This document shows, piece after piece, positions 48,621 through 58,191 of a DNA stretch of 64,000 nucleotides. The notes beneath the pieces are model-generated. The model was not told the origin of the DNA. It saw only the letters and a list, made by a program, of their open reading frames with translations, and searched no databases. The position numbers were made by a program, and so were the translations under genes. Every line of letters starts with the position of its first letter. Position 1 is the first letter of the stretch. Location: positions 94,285 to 158,284 of IMG/VR virus record IMGVR_UViG_3300045988_154609; one strand, written 5' to 3'. The stretch is from a virus.

Positions 48621-49646
48621 CTATTTAAAATATTCTTGAAATTTTTCTTTTATCTTTTCTTGTTCTTCTTTATTAAAGTCTTTATAATACCTAAAATAAG
48701 AATTATCTCGCATCTTTCTTCTCCCTGATTTTACACTTGAAATCATTGAAGAAGATAAATTTAATTTTTTAGCTGCATCTGCCCCAGATTCATATATGTT
48801 AATATAATTACCATCCTCAGATAAATGAATAATAACATTTTGCAATTTTTTATTTGGGGATTTATATAAATTATTTTTAATTAAATAATGTTTTACTATA
48901 TTTGGTTCAATGCCATATTCTTTAGCAATAGCATAATATGTCATACCTTTTTTATATTTTTCACAAAAATCCTTTTCTTTATCAGTATGACTTTGTGGTA
49001 TAGCATTAATATATTCTGCAATCTCCCATTTATATTTATAATCTTCAAAAGGACATTCTCCAATATAGTCTAAGAAAGCTTTTTCTTTTCTATGAGGAAT
49101 ATATATATAATATTGCTGTTCACCATTACTTCCTAAATCAGCTTTCATAAGAGTAGCTTCAAAATCACTTAATTGAGGAATTAAAATTTTTTCTTGCTCC
49201 TCTTTTAAAAAACATTGAGTTGATAATTTAATATTCTCACTTCGTTTATTATGACAAATTCCGCCATCTCCTATATACCATATTAAGCAAGTTAAAGGTG
49301 TTAATGTTAAATCTTCAGGCAAATGTTTTTTACCATCAATATACCAATGATAATATTCTTTAGTAAAACTAGAATTTGTATAAGTCTTTACTTGAGAATG
49401 AAAATATTCTTTATTGGTACGTTTATCTATATAGCTGGTATCTTTAATTCCTTCTCCAGACCAATACTCTTTAAAATATTCGGCTACAAAACTTACATGC
49501 TGTTTTGATTTAGACAAATATGTAAATTGAGCGTTTATACCATTTTTATGTTTAATTAAACTTCCATCTCCCAATAAAGCACCATATAATACTTCTTTTT
49601 GAGTTTTAGTAAAAATAATTTCTTCTGTTAGCTGTGCTTGTGCCAT
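48621..49646 (-). CDS. LAGLIDADG-family homing endonuclease (two motifs) with C-terminal HTH-like tail
   Basis: LYGALLGDGSL and WYIGDGGI, the two LAGLIDADG motifs. Confidence 0.6.
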   Translation of the reverse strand: MAQAQLTEEIIFTKTQKEVLYGALLGDGSLIKHKNGINAQFTYLSKSKQHVSFVAEYFKEYWSGEGIKDTSYIDKRTNKEYFHSQVKTYTNSSFTKEYYHWYIDGKKHLPEDLTLTPLTCLIWYIGDGGICHNKRSENIKLSTQCFLKEEQEKILIPQLSDFEATLMKADLGSNGEQQYYIYIPHRKEKAFLDYIGECPFEDYKYKWEIAEYINAIPQSHTDKEKDFCEKYKKGMTYYAIAKEYGIEPNIVKHYLIKNNLYKSPNKKLQNVIIHLSEDGNYINIYESGADAAKKLNLSSSMISSVKSGRRKMRDNSYFRYYKDFNKEEQEKIKEKFQEYFK

Positions 49647-49767
49647 TTTTATTCTCCTTTATTTGTAAAATATGAAAGTTTTTATCTTTCTACTCTTATA
49701 TAAAAGTAGAGAAAAAGAAAATTCTATATTTTGACCACATTTTACAAATAAATCATAATAAAAATTT

Positions 49768-50073
49768 TTATTTACCTCTTTCTTTCCATTCTTTTAAAGT
49801 TTTTATACACTTATAATAATAATCATATTCGCTTTTTCTTATCCTACCTTTATGCCATAAAATTTGATATGGCTTTAAATGCCCGCAAGCCCAAAAATCA
49901 TAAGTATATTCACCATCATACCACATTAAATGCGGACAAAATACTTCATTTAATCTTGCAGGAATGTATTTTATTTTTACTTTTATAGGATGCTTAATCT
50001 TAGCTTTAATAGCTTCGATTAAGCAATTACTATAAAAATATTCAGAGATATATGTCATAATTTTGGACACCAA
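49768..50073 (-). CDS. hypothetical protein
   Basis: 101-aa ORF. Confidence 0.35.
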   Translation of the reverse strand: MVSKIMTYISEYFYSNCLIEAIKAKIKHPIKVKIKYIPARLNEVFCPHLMWYDGEYTYDFWACGHLKPYQILWHKGRIRKSEYDYYYKCIKTLKEWKERGK

Positions 50074-50264
50074 TCTGGAATGTCAGTATATCTTCTTAAA
50101 TGCCAATCGTCTCCTGCAACTAATTTGTCATATCCATTTACATCTTTAACAAGTTTACAATAACATCCTTCCTCATGGTCCCAAGAATCTGGAGTATAAA
50201 TAGGACGAATATAATGGTCTGGGCAATCAAGGCAATTTGTAATTGTGATAGTAAAAGAATTCAT
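50055..50264 (-). CDS. hypothetical Cys-containing protein
   Basis: 69-aa ORF. Confidence 0.35.
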   Translation of the reverse strand: MNSFTITITNCLDCPDHYIRPIYTPDSWDHEEGCYCKLVKDVNGYDKLVAGDDWHLRRYTDIPDWCPKL

Positions 50265-50265
50265 A

Positions 50266-51075
50266 TTAATTCTCCTCTAACAGCTCATCAAACATATTTT
50301 GAAATTTACTATAATTGACAGAATCATCGTTAATGATAGGAATTGCGAAAATTACTTTCTTAAATTCAGTTGCATAATCTGTAACTAACAGATTGATAAA
50401 AATTTCTGCAACATCATCTGCATCCTGTCCAAATACTCCGCATCCAAAAGCCCCTAAAATAAGAGTATCAACTTGATTCTGCTTTGCTACTTCAAAAATA
50501 AATCGAATTCTTGATTCAAGAACTTTTTTATTTTCTTCTCTATCTACGTTGCAATACTTTGCAGCGGCAGTAAAATTAGGTGCGGCGCAAGTAATTACAT
50601 CGCAGTATTTTTCAATGCCAGAATGCTCAAATCTGATATTTGGAGAATAAATTGCTCTATTCTCATACAAAGCACGATTCTTGTGTTTTTCATTCCAATC
50701 ATAATAATTTGGAATTTGGCTTAATACGTTGTAAAGAAAAGATTCATGGCACAGACACTCTTCCTGAGCACGTGAACCTCTAATAAACATTCCGCCAGGA
50801 TTCTTATATGAAGCAAAATTAAGAACTGCAACTTTTCCATCTGTAGAATCGCAAGCTACAATAGCTTCAACGCTTCCAACAGCATCAAGAGCAATATCTG
50901 CTTCTTTTAATTTTCTTGCGGGCGTTGTTGCTTTAAAATCTTTGCTATAAATTTTACTATTCATTACGCTTTCCGCAATCTTACTTGCAAATTGCTCATT
51001 CATTTGCTTAGTATGCTCTTGTGCAATAACTGCTCTTTGAGCTTTATCTGCCCAATAATAACTAATATCTTTCAT
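50266..51075 (-). CDS. macrodomain protein of the bacterial-type PARG / DUF2263 (TIGR02452) family
   Basis: VLNFASYKNPGGMFIRGSRAQEECLCHESFLY matches the family signature (vLNFAs..pGGG...GA.AQEE.LC..S.LY). Confidence 0.6.
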   Translation of the reverse strand: MKDISYYWADKAQRAVIAQEHTKQMNEQFASKIAESVMNSKIYSKDFKATTPARKLKEADIALDAVGSVEAIVACDSTDGKVAVLNFASYKNPGGMFIRGSRAQEECLCHESFLYNVLSQIPNYYDWNEKHKNRALYENRAIYSPNIRFEHSGIEKYCDVITCAAPNFTAAAKYCNVDREENKKVLESRIRFIFEVAKQNQVDTLILGAFGCGVFGQDADDVAEIFINLLVTDYATEFKKVIFAIPIINDDSVNYSKFQNMFDELLEEN

Positions 51076-51096
51076 TTTTATTTATCCTCTTTCTCA

Positions 51097-51140
51097 TTTT
51101 TCTATATATATTATATAATATTTTTTATAAAAAAACAAAT
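51097..51140 (-). promoter_or_regulatory. conserved promoter box
   Basis: ttttctatatatattatataatattttttataaaaaaacaaa. Confidence 0.55.
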
Positions 51141-51243
51141 ATAGGGTATTTTGCTATGAAAAATAGTAAATGCCTTTTGAATTTTGAGATTACGGAGTCC
51201 AGGTTTGTCGCCGGCCGGAAGTTCTGTTAAAGGCAATATGGGT

Positions 51244-51280
51244 ACAAAAAAATGGGAAGGTTATATATAATAACCTTCCC
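51244..51280 (-). terminator. rho-independent terminator
   Basis: Hairpin GGGAAGGTTAT-ATATAA-TAACCTTCCC followed on the minus strand by TTTTTTT. Confidence 0.65.
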
Positions 51281-51404
51281 ATAAAATTATAATAAAGATA
51301 AAACTACTTCTCGTAAATTACTAATGTTTGGAACATCTTTTGGAGTATATCTACTATTTTCTTGAGATAATAGTCTTACCCAAATTCTTACTAAGCCACT
51401 ATTT

Positions 51405-51704
51405 TCATTGAACATCTTTCGTCCCCTCCCCCATTGCGATTGTTAATTCCGCAATAGCAGAATCAATTTGATTTTGATACTCAGCAAATAGAGTTGTTAA
51501 TTCTCCTATTGCTTGTTCTTGCTCTGGTATGATTTGTTTAAAATATTCTTCAAAAGTTAATTGGATTTCATCATATTCCCAATATGGATTATTATCTTCA
51601 TCTGTCTTTTGAATAATATTTTTTCTTATATATACTGTATCTATATTTAACTCAAGAGGTAAAACTTTTTCCTGAGTTCCTCGAACTTTTTCATACTGAA
51701 CCAT
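51405..51704 (-). CDS. hypothetical acidic protein downstream of the DGR reverse transcriptase
   Basis: 99-aa ORF, immediately 3' of the RT gene. Confidence 0.4.
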   Translation of the reverse strand: MVQYEKVRGTQEKVLPLELNIDTVYIRKNIIQKTDEDNNPYWEYDEIQLTFEEYFKQIIPEQEQAIGELTTLFAEYQNQIDSAIAELTIAMGEGTKDVQ

Positions 51705-51706
51705 AT

Positions 51707-52924
51707 TTACCCTCCTTTTTTATGAATTATATTATGCCAATTCTTATTATAATATTTTTTATTATTTATCTTTTTTCGATTTGGCGTTATGAATTGATAA
51801 GACGCTTTTTTATATTTACTCTTTTTATATAAAGAATAATAAGTATTAATAATAGGAATACTATCTTCATAATACTTTTTATAAAAATGTTTTGAATCAC
51901 ACCATTGAATCCATCCTAAAGAAGAAACCCAAGCACACCATTCTTTATCTGTTGGAAGTTTATATTCTTTGCTATATTTTTGCATTTTTATAGCAGTTTG
52001 TTTAAAAGTTTTTAAAGTAGTTTTTCTTAATAATTTATATCCTCTAAAATGTCTATATCCAACAAAATCTACTCCTCTTGCATCAACGGGGAAAATTTGA
52101 TAATTAGATTTTATTTCTAAATCTAATTCTGATAATAAATATTCTCTTATTAAAAATAACCACTCTTGTAACTGCTCTTTTGTTTCTCCAAAAATAACAA
52201 TATCATCCATGTATCTTACAACATAATGACAATGTAAAACTTCTTTTAACCAATGATCAAAAAATGTTAAATAATAATTTGCTAAATATTGAGATAAATA
52301 AGACCCAACTGGAATTCCCTTTCCAGGTCTTAAATATAATTCTTTTTCTTCTTGTGGTAAATCAATTTTAGAAATATCACAATTGTCCATACTATCAATT
52401 ATTTTATCTAATTCAATTAATAGATCTTTATCTTTAAATTTTCTTCTTAATAATTTTTTTAAAATTTTTCTATTAATACTGGGATAAAATTTTTTAATAT
52501 CTAATTTTAAACAATATTTAGTTCTCTTAGGATCTGAATTTATCCATTTATCAACTAATTCACTAGCTTGGTGAATACCTCTTCCAGGTATAGATGCACA
52601 AGTGAAATCTGTCATAGTTTTTCTAAATATTGGTTCTATTTGTAGCATAATTGCCCATTGAATAATTCGATCTGGATAGTAAGGAAGTTTAAATAAAATT
52701 CTTTTTTTATTTTTGTCTTGAATAAGACTTGTTTTATAAGGACTTACTTGGTATGTATGATTCTTTAACATTTTTTGTATTTTTTGAGATCGCTCATCTA
52801 AATTATTTGAAGTTTTTACTACAGCTGAATAAAAACTTTTATCTTTCTTTGCATTTAGATGAGCTCTTTTTATATTATCTATGTCAATAATATCAGAATA
52901 TATGTTTCCTGACCTTTTTGGCAT
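51707..52924 (-). CDS. diversity-generating retroelement reverse transcriptase
   Basis: RT motifs LDIKKFYPSI and YVVRYMDDIVIFG (YxDD). IPVGSYLSQ fits the DGR-type (I/L)GxxxSQ signature. Adjacent to the TR/VR pair. Confidence 0.8.
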   Translation of the reverse strand: MPKRSGNIYSDIIDIDNIKRAHLNAKKDKSFYSAVVKTSNNLDERSQKIQKMLKNHTYQVSPYKTSLIQDKNKKRILFKLPYYPDRIIQWAIMLQIEPIFRKTMTDFTCASIPGRGIHQASELVDKWINSDPKRTKYCLKLDIKKFYPSINRKILKKLLRRKFKDKDLLIELDKIIDSMDNCDISKIDLPQEEKELYLRPGKGIPVGSYLSQYLANYYLTFFDHWLKEVLHCHYVVRYMDDIVIFGETKEQLQEWLFLIREYLLSELDLEIKSNYQIFPVDARGVDFVGYRHFRGYKLLRKTTLKTFKQTAIKMQKYSKEYKLPTDKEWCAWVSSLGWIQWCDSKHFYKKYYEDSIPIINTYYSLYKKSKYKKASYQFITPNRKKINNKKYYNKNWHNIIHKKGG

Positions 52925-53130
52925 AGAGGAACCTTCTTTCTATCTATTTTTTTTATTATTTTATACTTTTTTCTTTTATTTTTTTATTGTAAAAAAGAAA
53001 ACTTTTTAGAGCAAACGTTCAAAATATTTTTACTAGTACACTCCTCAAAAATTTGCTAATGTTTTGCCAAGAGGCATGGTAAAAATTTTGGTTGGATTTA
53101 AAAAATCAAAAACTAAAAATAGATAAAAAC

Positions 53131-53258
53131 GCGTGTGCCAATATTCACATTCGTATTAGAGGCTGTATTATTCGCATTCAAATAGAAAGGACTGGTATTC
53201 GATCTATTAGTCCAATGACTACTGAATTTCAAAACGTGATCTGAATACAGATAACTGT
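53131..53258 (-). repeat. DGR template repeat (TR)
   Basis: 128 bp, about 73% identical to 53342-53469. Every one of about 35 mismatches falls at a T on the plus strand of this copy, which is an A on the minus/coding strand. Confidence 0.85.
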
Positions 53259-53326
53259 TAAATAAATATTTTTTAATCATTTTATAGCCTTAATAATGAC
53301 ACAAAAATTTTTACCAAAATATATTT

Positions 53327-54934
53327 TTATAGGTACATAAGGCGCGCGCCAACAGACACAATCGCAGCAGAGGCCGTACCAGCCGCACGCAAATAGAAAG
53401 GACCGGCACTCGATCCATCAGCCCAACGACCACCGAATAGCAAAACGCGATCCGAATACAGATAACCGTAATCACAGAAAAATGTAGTACCACTACCTTT
53501 GTATTCTACATTCATAAAACCGGTTTCTGTAGTTCCTGACACGTTAGAAACATAACCACTGGAATTTGATGTTAATCCAGATGAAAAAGTAAAATTCTCT
53601 TGATCATTTTCTTTATTATAATCCCAATTAGTAATTATATTCCAATTACTATCTATAATAAGGCCATCAATCCATTCCCATATATTTCCCCAGAAATCTT
53701 CTATTCCGGCAAATTTAACATGACCAAGTTTAGCAGTTTCATATTCTGCACTTGATCCAGAATTTGAAGTATTTCCATAATACATTTTTTTACCAGCATC
53801 AAAAGTTAAAGTTCCTCCGGTTACCAAAGGACCATAATTTGATTCTTCACGTTTATCACTTCTACCACAAATTCCTTGACCTAAAGCGGCTTGACCATTT
53901 AAATTCCCATATTTAATTAAATATAAACATTGAATTGCAATTAATTGGAAATAAGAAGTAATAGTATATCCATTTCCATTATTTTGGGCACAAGTCTTAA
54001 AGGCGCCAATTGTTTTAGAGTTAGCGGATTGTTTATTTGGAATTGAACGTAATTTTCCTTCTGCGTCCAATGATCCTTTAAAAGCTCCCCAATAAAAATA
54101 ATCTTTATCTCCTTCTTTACTTTTACTAAAAGCATAATATTTATAATTATTTTGTTCTGCATAATCATTATTATTAGTAATTGATACTCGAAGAATTTTA
54201 TTGTCTTGTGGGTCTTTCCAAATTTTATAAGCAAATTTTGGAAATTCTATCATAACGTCTCCATCAGTGCCATCTAAAACTGCATTTTCTCCAGAAGCTT
54301 TCTTAGTAAAATCATTTTTATTAAGATAATAATTGACTATACCATTTTTAAAAACACAAGGCTTTATATCTCTAAAAATAAATTCATTATCCCAATCATC
54401 TGATCCTTTTTTCATATTTTCAGCATCATCTTCATATGTTATACAAGTTAATGGATTTGAATTGTTTAAATCAATCTTAACAGTATAAACTTTTGAAGTG
54501 GTGTAAGTAGCAGAAATTTGATATATTTTTCCTGGAGTAGTAATTTCAACTGTTCTAATTGAAGAAATTGCTCCCGCAGATTGATATGCAATTTTAAAAA
54601 TTCCATAAGAAGTTACATTTAAAATTGCAATTCCAGCACTATCTGTAGTTGCTGTATAGACATCATGAGAACTGCTATTTGTTAAAGTTACAGTCGCTTC
54701 TGTTGCAGGAGTAATTGTTACAATTACTTGAGCCGCATTATTTGAATCTAATAATAATTTAGAAGCAACCTTTTGAACATATCCAGTAGTCGCAATTTGA
54801 TTAGAATTATTAGTAGTTTCTGCGGTTGGAGCAGTTGGAACACCAGAAAAAGAAGGGCTTTCTAAGTTAGCTTTTTTTAAATCAATTTTATTTATTATTC
54901 TTTTAAGCCCATTTTCATTTAAAAATTTATCCAT
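53327..54934 (-). CDS. DGR target protein: tail-fibre-like receptor-binding protein with C-terminal FGE/C-type-lectin-fold variable domain
   Basis: C-terminal ...EDFWGNIWEWIDG... (FGE-sulfatase-like GN.WEW motif). The VR lies in the last 48 codons. The N-terminus is fibre-like and Thr/Ser-rich. Confidence 0.8.
   Translation of the reverse strand: MDKFLNENGLKRIINKIDLKKANLESPSFSGVPTAPTAETTNNSNQIATTGYVQKVASKLLLDSNNAAQVIVTITPATEATVTLTNSSSHDVYTATTDSAGIAILNVTSYGIFKIAYQSAGAISSIRTVEITTPGKIYQISATYTTSKVYTVKIDLNNSNPLTCITYEDDAENMKKGSDDWDNEFIFRDIKPCVFKNGIVNYYLNKNDFTKKASGENAVLDGTDGDVMIEFPKFAYKIWKDPQDNKILRVSITNNNDYAEQNNYKYYAFSKSKEGDKDYFYWGAFKGSLDAEGKLRSIPNKQSANSKTIGAFKTCAQNNGNGYTITSYFQLIAIQCLYLIKYGNLNGQAALGQGICGRSDKREESNYGPLVTGGTLTFDAGKKMYYGNTSNSGSSAEYETAKLGHVKFAGIEDFWGNIWEWIDGLIIDSNWNIITNWDYNKENDQENFTFSSGLTSNSSGYVSNVSGTTETGFMNVEYKGSGTTFFCDYGYLYSDRVLLFGGRWADGSSAGPFYLRAAGTASAAIVSVGARLMYL
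53342..53469 (-). repeat. DGR variable repeat (VR) within the 3' end of the target gene
   Basis: Partner of the TR. The GC-rich end GGCGCGCGCC (candidate IMH) differs from ACGCGTGTGCC in the TR. Confidence 0.85.
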
Positions 54935-55284
54935 TTTAGTAGTTTTTACTCCTTTCTTTTTAAATATCTTTCTCTAATATTATAAAGGATTAAAAATATA
55001 TTCTTTTTATTTTTGTCCAAAATAAAAAAGGAGTAAGAATAAATCTTACTCCTTAAATCTATTGTTATTATTTGATATAAGCATAACGCTCAGTATCAAG
55101 TTTCTCCATCATCAGGTCATATCCGTCTTTACCAGAAAGAATTGTTTCTATCATATTCAATAATCTTCATCATCAAGAGCTGCGATTGCCATTTCTAACG
55201 CTTCTTTAATTTTTTCTCTTTTATCTATATCTTCAAATGAAATATGAAGATTTTTTAACACCTCAATAGCTTCTTTAATTGTCA

Positions 55285-55485
55285 TTATTTTACCTCATAT
55301 TTAGAATCCATTAGCATTTCTAAAGTAATATTTTCTTTTTCCCAATATGGGATTCTAACTAATGGAATATTATTTGCGGCCGCCCAATCATTTTTCTTTT
55401 TGTCTCTTTCTTGTCTATCTTGTTCAAACGAAACGGACTGGAAGAAAATTTCCAGTCCGCATATTAATTTTCTTACTGGATACAA
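55285..55485 (-). CDS. hypothetical protein
   Basis: 66-aa ORF. Confidence 0.3.
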   Translation of the reverse strand: MYPVRKLICGLEIFFQSVSFEQDRQERDKKKNDWAAANNIPLVRIPYWEKENITLEMLMDSKYEVK

Positions 55486-56996
55486 GAGTATCTTTCAGAA
55501 TCGAGCTTCTTCATCATGAGAGAGTAGCCATCTTCTCCAGAGAGAATTTCTTCTACCATCGTCATTGAGAATCCAGATACATAGGAGAATCTTCCGCCAA
55601 GGGCTGGAATGTTATTCTGTCTTGCATCAAGATTCCAGAAGATTACTTTTGGTAATTCATAGCCATAAGCCATCCACTTCTGAGCAATGTTCTCAAGCAG
55701 AGTATTGATTTCACCAATACCACCGGTAATACGGTTTCCATAGCTCCAACGCTCTCTGGAAGGACGTCCAAAGGACATACAACCATTAAACTCCATATCA
55801 GAGAAGATATAAAGAGTTTTTGGCATCTCAGAAGCAGGAACTTTATTTTTAAGAGCGACGTTTAACATAAGGTCAAAAGTTGCCTCAATGTTTGTGCTTC
55901 CACCCCAGTCGGCAGAACGTGCTCTCTGGAATTTATCATAAATATCTACTCCATCGAATCTAACAAACTGAGGATTGCTGGAGAATGTGATGAAATGGTT
56001 CTGGAAAGGACCTTTACCACGCTCTGCGATATAAGCACCCATAGATACTGCTGCATTCATTGGAGTACCACTCATAGAGCCAGATACATCGACGATTGCA
56101 ATTCCGTTCTCCTCACGACCATTGTAGTAGTCTTTAAGGTTTGCCCAATATTTATCCCACATCAAACGCTCAGTCTGAGTTGGAGTACCGTAGTATCCAC
56201 CATAACCAAAAATCTGACTTGCGATATCTACTGGATTCAGGACTGCCGCATTAACAGTCTTAGTTTCATCCTTAGCAAAGTCCGCATAAGTCTGTGCTCC
56301 AGCCTTTGCACGCTCAATGTCGTGTCTTGCGAAAGCGTTCTTATACTTCATACCTGCTTTAGATGGAATCTTATCGAACTCAATTTCATCCCAACGATTC
56401 TCAGACATTAAACGCTCAAGAACGTTAATACGAGCACGAAGGATAGAAAGAGTCTTACGATACTGCTTTGCAGTCATTCCAAAATATTTACGAGTTACTT
56501 TTCCAAGTCTGCGAGACTCATGAGAAGAAGTATTCTCAGATTTCAGCCATTTTGCAAGCAGAGATGGAGTTTTGCACTGAACATCAAGTGCAAGCTGGTC
56601 TTTCATAATCTTCAGAGCATCTCCCTCAAGAGCTGTTCCTACGAATACATACAAGTCATCCCAACGACCAAACTCTGGTACATGAATCAAGTTTCTACGT
56701 ACCGCTTCTTTATCGACAGCAACCAGATCTTTGATTGCTACACGGAAAAATCTACGCTCACCCTGTCCACCACGCACGTCACGCAGATAGAACAAACATT
56801 TCAGAGCGTAAACAGGATTCTCTCTGAAAGCATTTCTTACAAGTGTTTTTACATCATCATCGCTTCTGTTACGATATGCTCCACCAAGTGCGAACATATC
56901 CAACAAATCTGACTTAGTTGTCTTATGTGTAATAGCACCATTTTCAGTTGTTGTGAAGTTTGTAGCTGCTTTCATTCCATTCATAAAACTATTCAT
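55473..56996 (-). CDS. TROVE/Ro60-like protein with C-terminal vWA domain
   Basis: N-terminal helical domain (...YALKCLFYLRDVRGGQGERRFFR...), then a vWA MIDAS motif IVDVSGSMSG in the C-terminal half. Domain order matches Ro60/Rsr. Confidence 0.55.
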   Translation of the reverse strand: MNSFMNGMKAATNFTTTENGAITHKTTKSDLLDMFALGGAYRNRSDDDVKTLVRNAFRENPVYALKCLFYLRDVRGGQGERRFFRVAIKDLVAVDKEAVRRNLIHVPEFGRWDDLYVFVGTALEGDALKIMKDQLALDVQCKTPSLLAKWLKSENTSSHESRRLGKVTRKYFGMTAKQYRKTLSILRARINVLERLMSENRWDEIEFDKIPSKAGMKYKNAFARHDIERAKAGAQTYADFAKDETKTVNAAVLNPVDIASQIFGYGGYYGTPTQTERLMWDKYWANLKDYYNGREENGIAIVDVSGSMSGTPMNAAVSMGAYIAERGKGPFQNHFITFSSNPQFVRFDGVDIYDKFQRARSADWGGSTNIEATFDLMLNVALKNKVPASEMPKTLYIFSDMEFNGCMSFGRPSRERWSYGNRITGGIGEINTLLENIAQKWMAYGYELPKVIFWNLDARQNNIPALGGRFSYVSGFSMTMVEEILSGEDGYSLMMKKLDSERYSCIQ

Positions 56997-57256
56997 AGAT
57001 AAAATCTCCTTTTTCTCTTAACCTTGTTACAAGGTCGTAATTGATTTTTAACAAGATCCTTTTTGGTTAGAGCGTTTTAATTTTTCCCACTTAAACTACA
57101 GAATTACTTCTGACTGGATATGGACCAGCATTCCCTTTACTTTCGTTTATACCTACCACAGTATAAAAATATTTTTTTTTAGCTGTAAGAACCTTTCTTT
57201 ATCTTACATATATATTATATTATATTTTTATTTAAAAATCAATTAAGATTTTTAAG

Positions 57257-57330
57257 AGGCGGGAAGGGGATTCGAACCCCTGAATAGCGGTTTTGCAGAC
57301 CGCCGCCTTAACCAACTTGGCTACCCCGCC
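57257..57330 (-). tRNA. tRNA-Cys (GCA)
   Basis: Hand-folded cloverleaf: acceptor GGCGGGG/TCCCGCC, anticodon stem GCGGT/ACCGC with loop CTGCAAA, T-arm AGGGG-TTCGAAT-CCCCT. Confidence 0.85.
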
Positions 57331-57794
57331 TGAAACTCTTCTATCGGATACCCATTCTCCGCAAACCACTCTTGAATTGGTTCACGTTCTGAACAATGAT
57401 TTCCAAAAGCCTCATGCACAATTAAAATTACAACTGGCTCCTCTTGGAATTTTTCTCGTTCTTTAACAGCATATCCAATAGACTCAATTCTTGAAAGAAT
57501 ATTTTGAAAATCTAAATGCTCTAATTGCATTTTGTATGTTTTTAAAAACATACAATCATTTGCGGTGCTTGCACATCCTTTTGGACCAGAACATAATCCT
57601 TCACATAAAGGACCTGGCGCAAATGGTTCTGCTCTTAAACCATTCCATACTCCATTTTTATCTTTAAATTGATAATCTTGACCTTGGTTTCTATGAAACC
57701 ATTTAGGATCCCATTTAGCTGTACTAAGAGGAATCATATAAGGTTTAAAAAATCTAATTTGATAAAAATAAGATGTCATAATTTTCATATTCAT
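57321..57794 (-). CDS. hypothetical protein between tRNA genes (weak DUF488-like C-terminus)
   Basis: 157-aa ORF whose 3' end overlaps tRNA-Cys by about 10 nt. Confidence 0.4.
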   Translation of the reverse strand: MNMKIMTSYFYQIRFFKPYMIPLSTAKWDPKWFHRNQGQDYQFKDKNGVWNGLRAEPFAPGPLCEGLCSGPKGCASTANDCMFLKTYKMQLEHLDFQNILSRIESIGYAVKEREKFQEEPVVILIVHEAFGNHCSEREPIQEWFAENGYPIEEFQAG

Positions 57795-57806
57795 TCTCCT
57801 TTAAAA

Positions 57807-57881
57807 AGTGTGCCAGGCGGGACTTGAACCCGCGACTCTCAAATTAAAAGTTTGATACTCTACCAACTGAGTTACTGGCAC
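57807..57881 (-). tRNA. tRNA-Lys (TTT)
   Basis: Acceptor GTGCCAG/CTGGCAC, anticodon stem TCAAA/TTTGA with loop CTTTTAA, T-arm GCGGG-TTCAAGT-CCCGC. Confidence 0.85.
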
Positions 57882-57883
57882 AA

Positions 57884-57910
57884 AAAAGGGGCAAAATGCC
57901 CCTTTTTTCA
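57884..57910. terminator. bidirectional-looking hairpin with flanking A/T runs next to tRNA-Lys
   Basis: AAAAAGGGGCAAAATGCCCCTTTTTT. Confidence 0.5.
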
Positions 57911-58191
57911 AGGCATAATAATCATCCTTTTTCAAAAATATGTTTTATTCTCATATAATAAAATATTTGCTTGAATTTAATCAACGATTGCTGTTTATGC
58001 CTTAATGTAAATTATAAAACCATTAAAAATTAAATAGATGCTTCTTTTTACTAATACTGCTTTATATATCAAGAGCCCAGCCTATTTAGTCTACTGAGAA
58101 GCATTGCATCATCATATTTTAATATGTATGTAATTTTATTAATAATATCCATTTAAAGATATAAATTATTTTGCAGTTTACGGCTCTTTAG

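Noticed and set aside
53311-53493. 60-aa minus-strand ORF overlapping the DGR variable repeat
   Set aside because: Alternative frame inside the DGR target gene's 3' end. Explained by the VR. The translation is Cys/Leu/Arg-rich nonsense.
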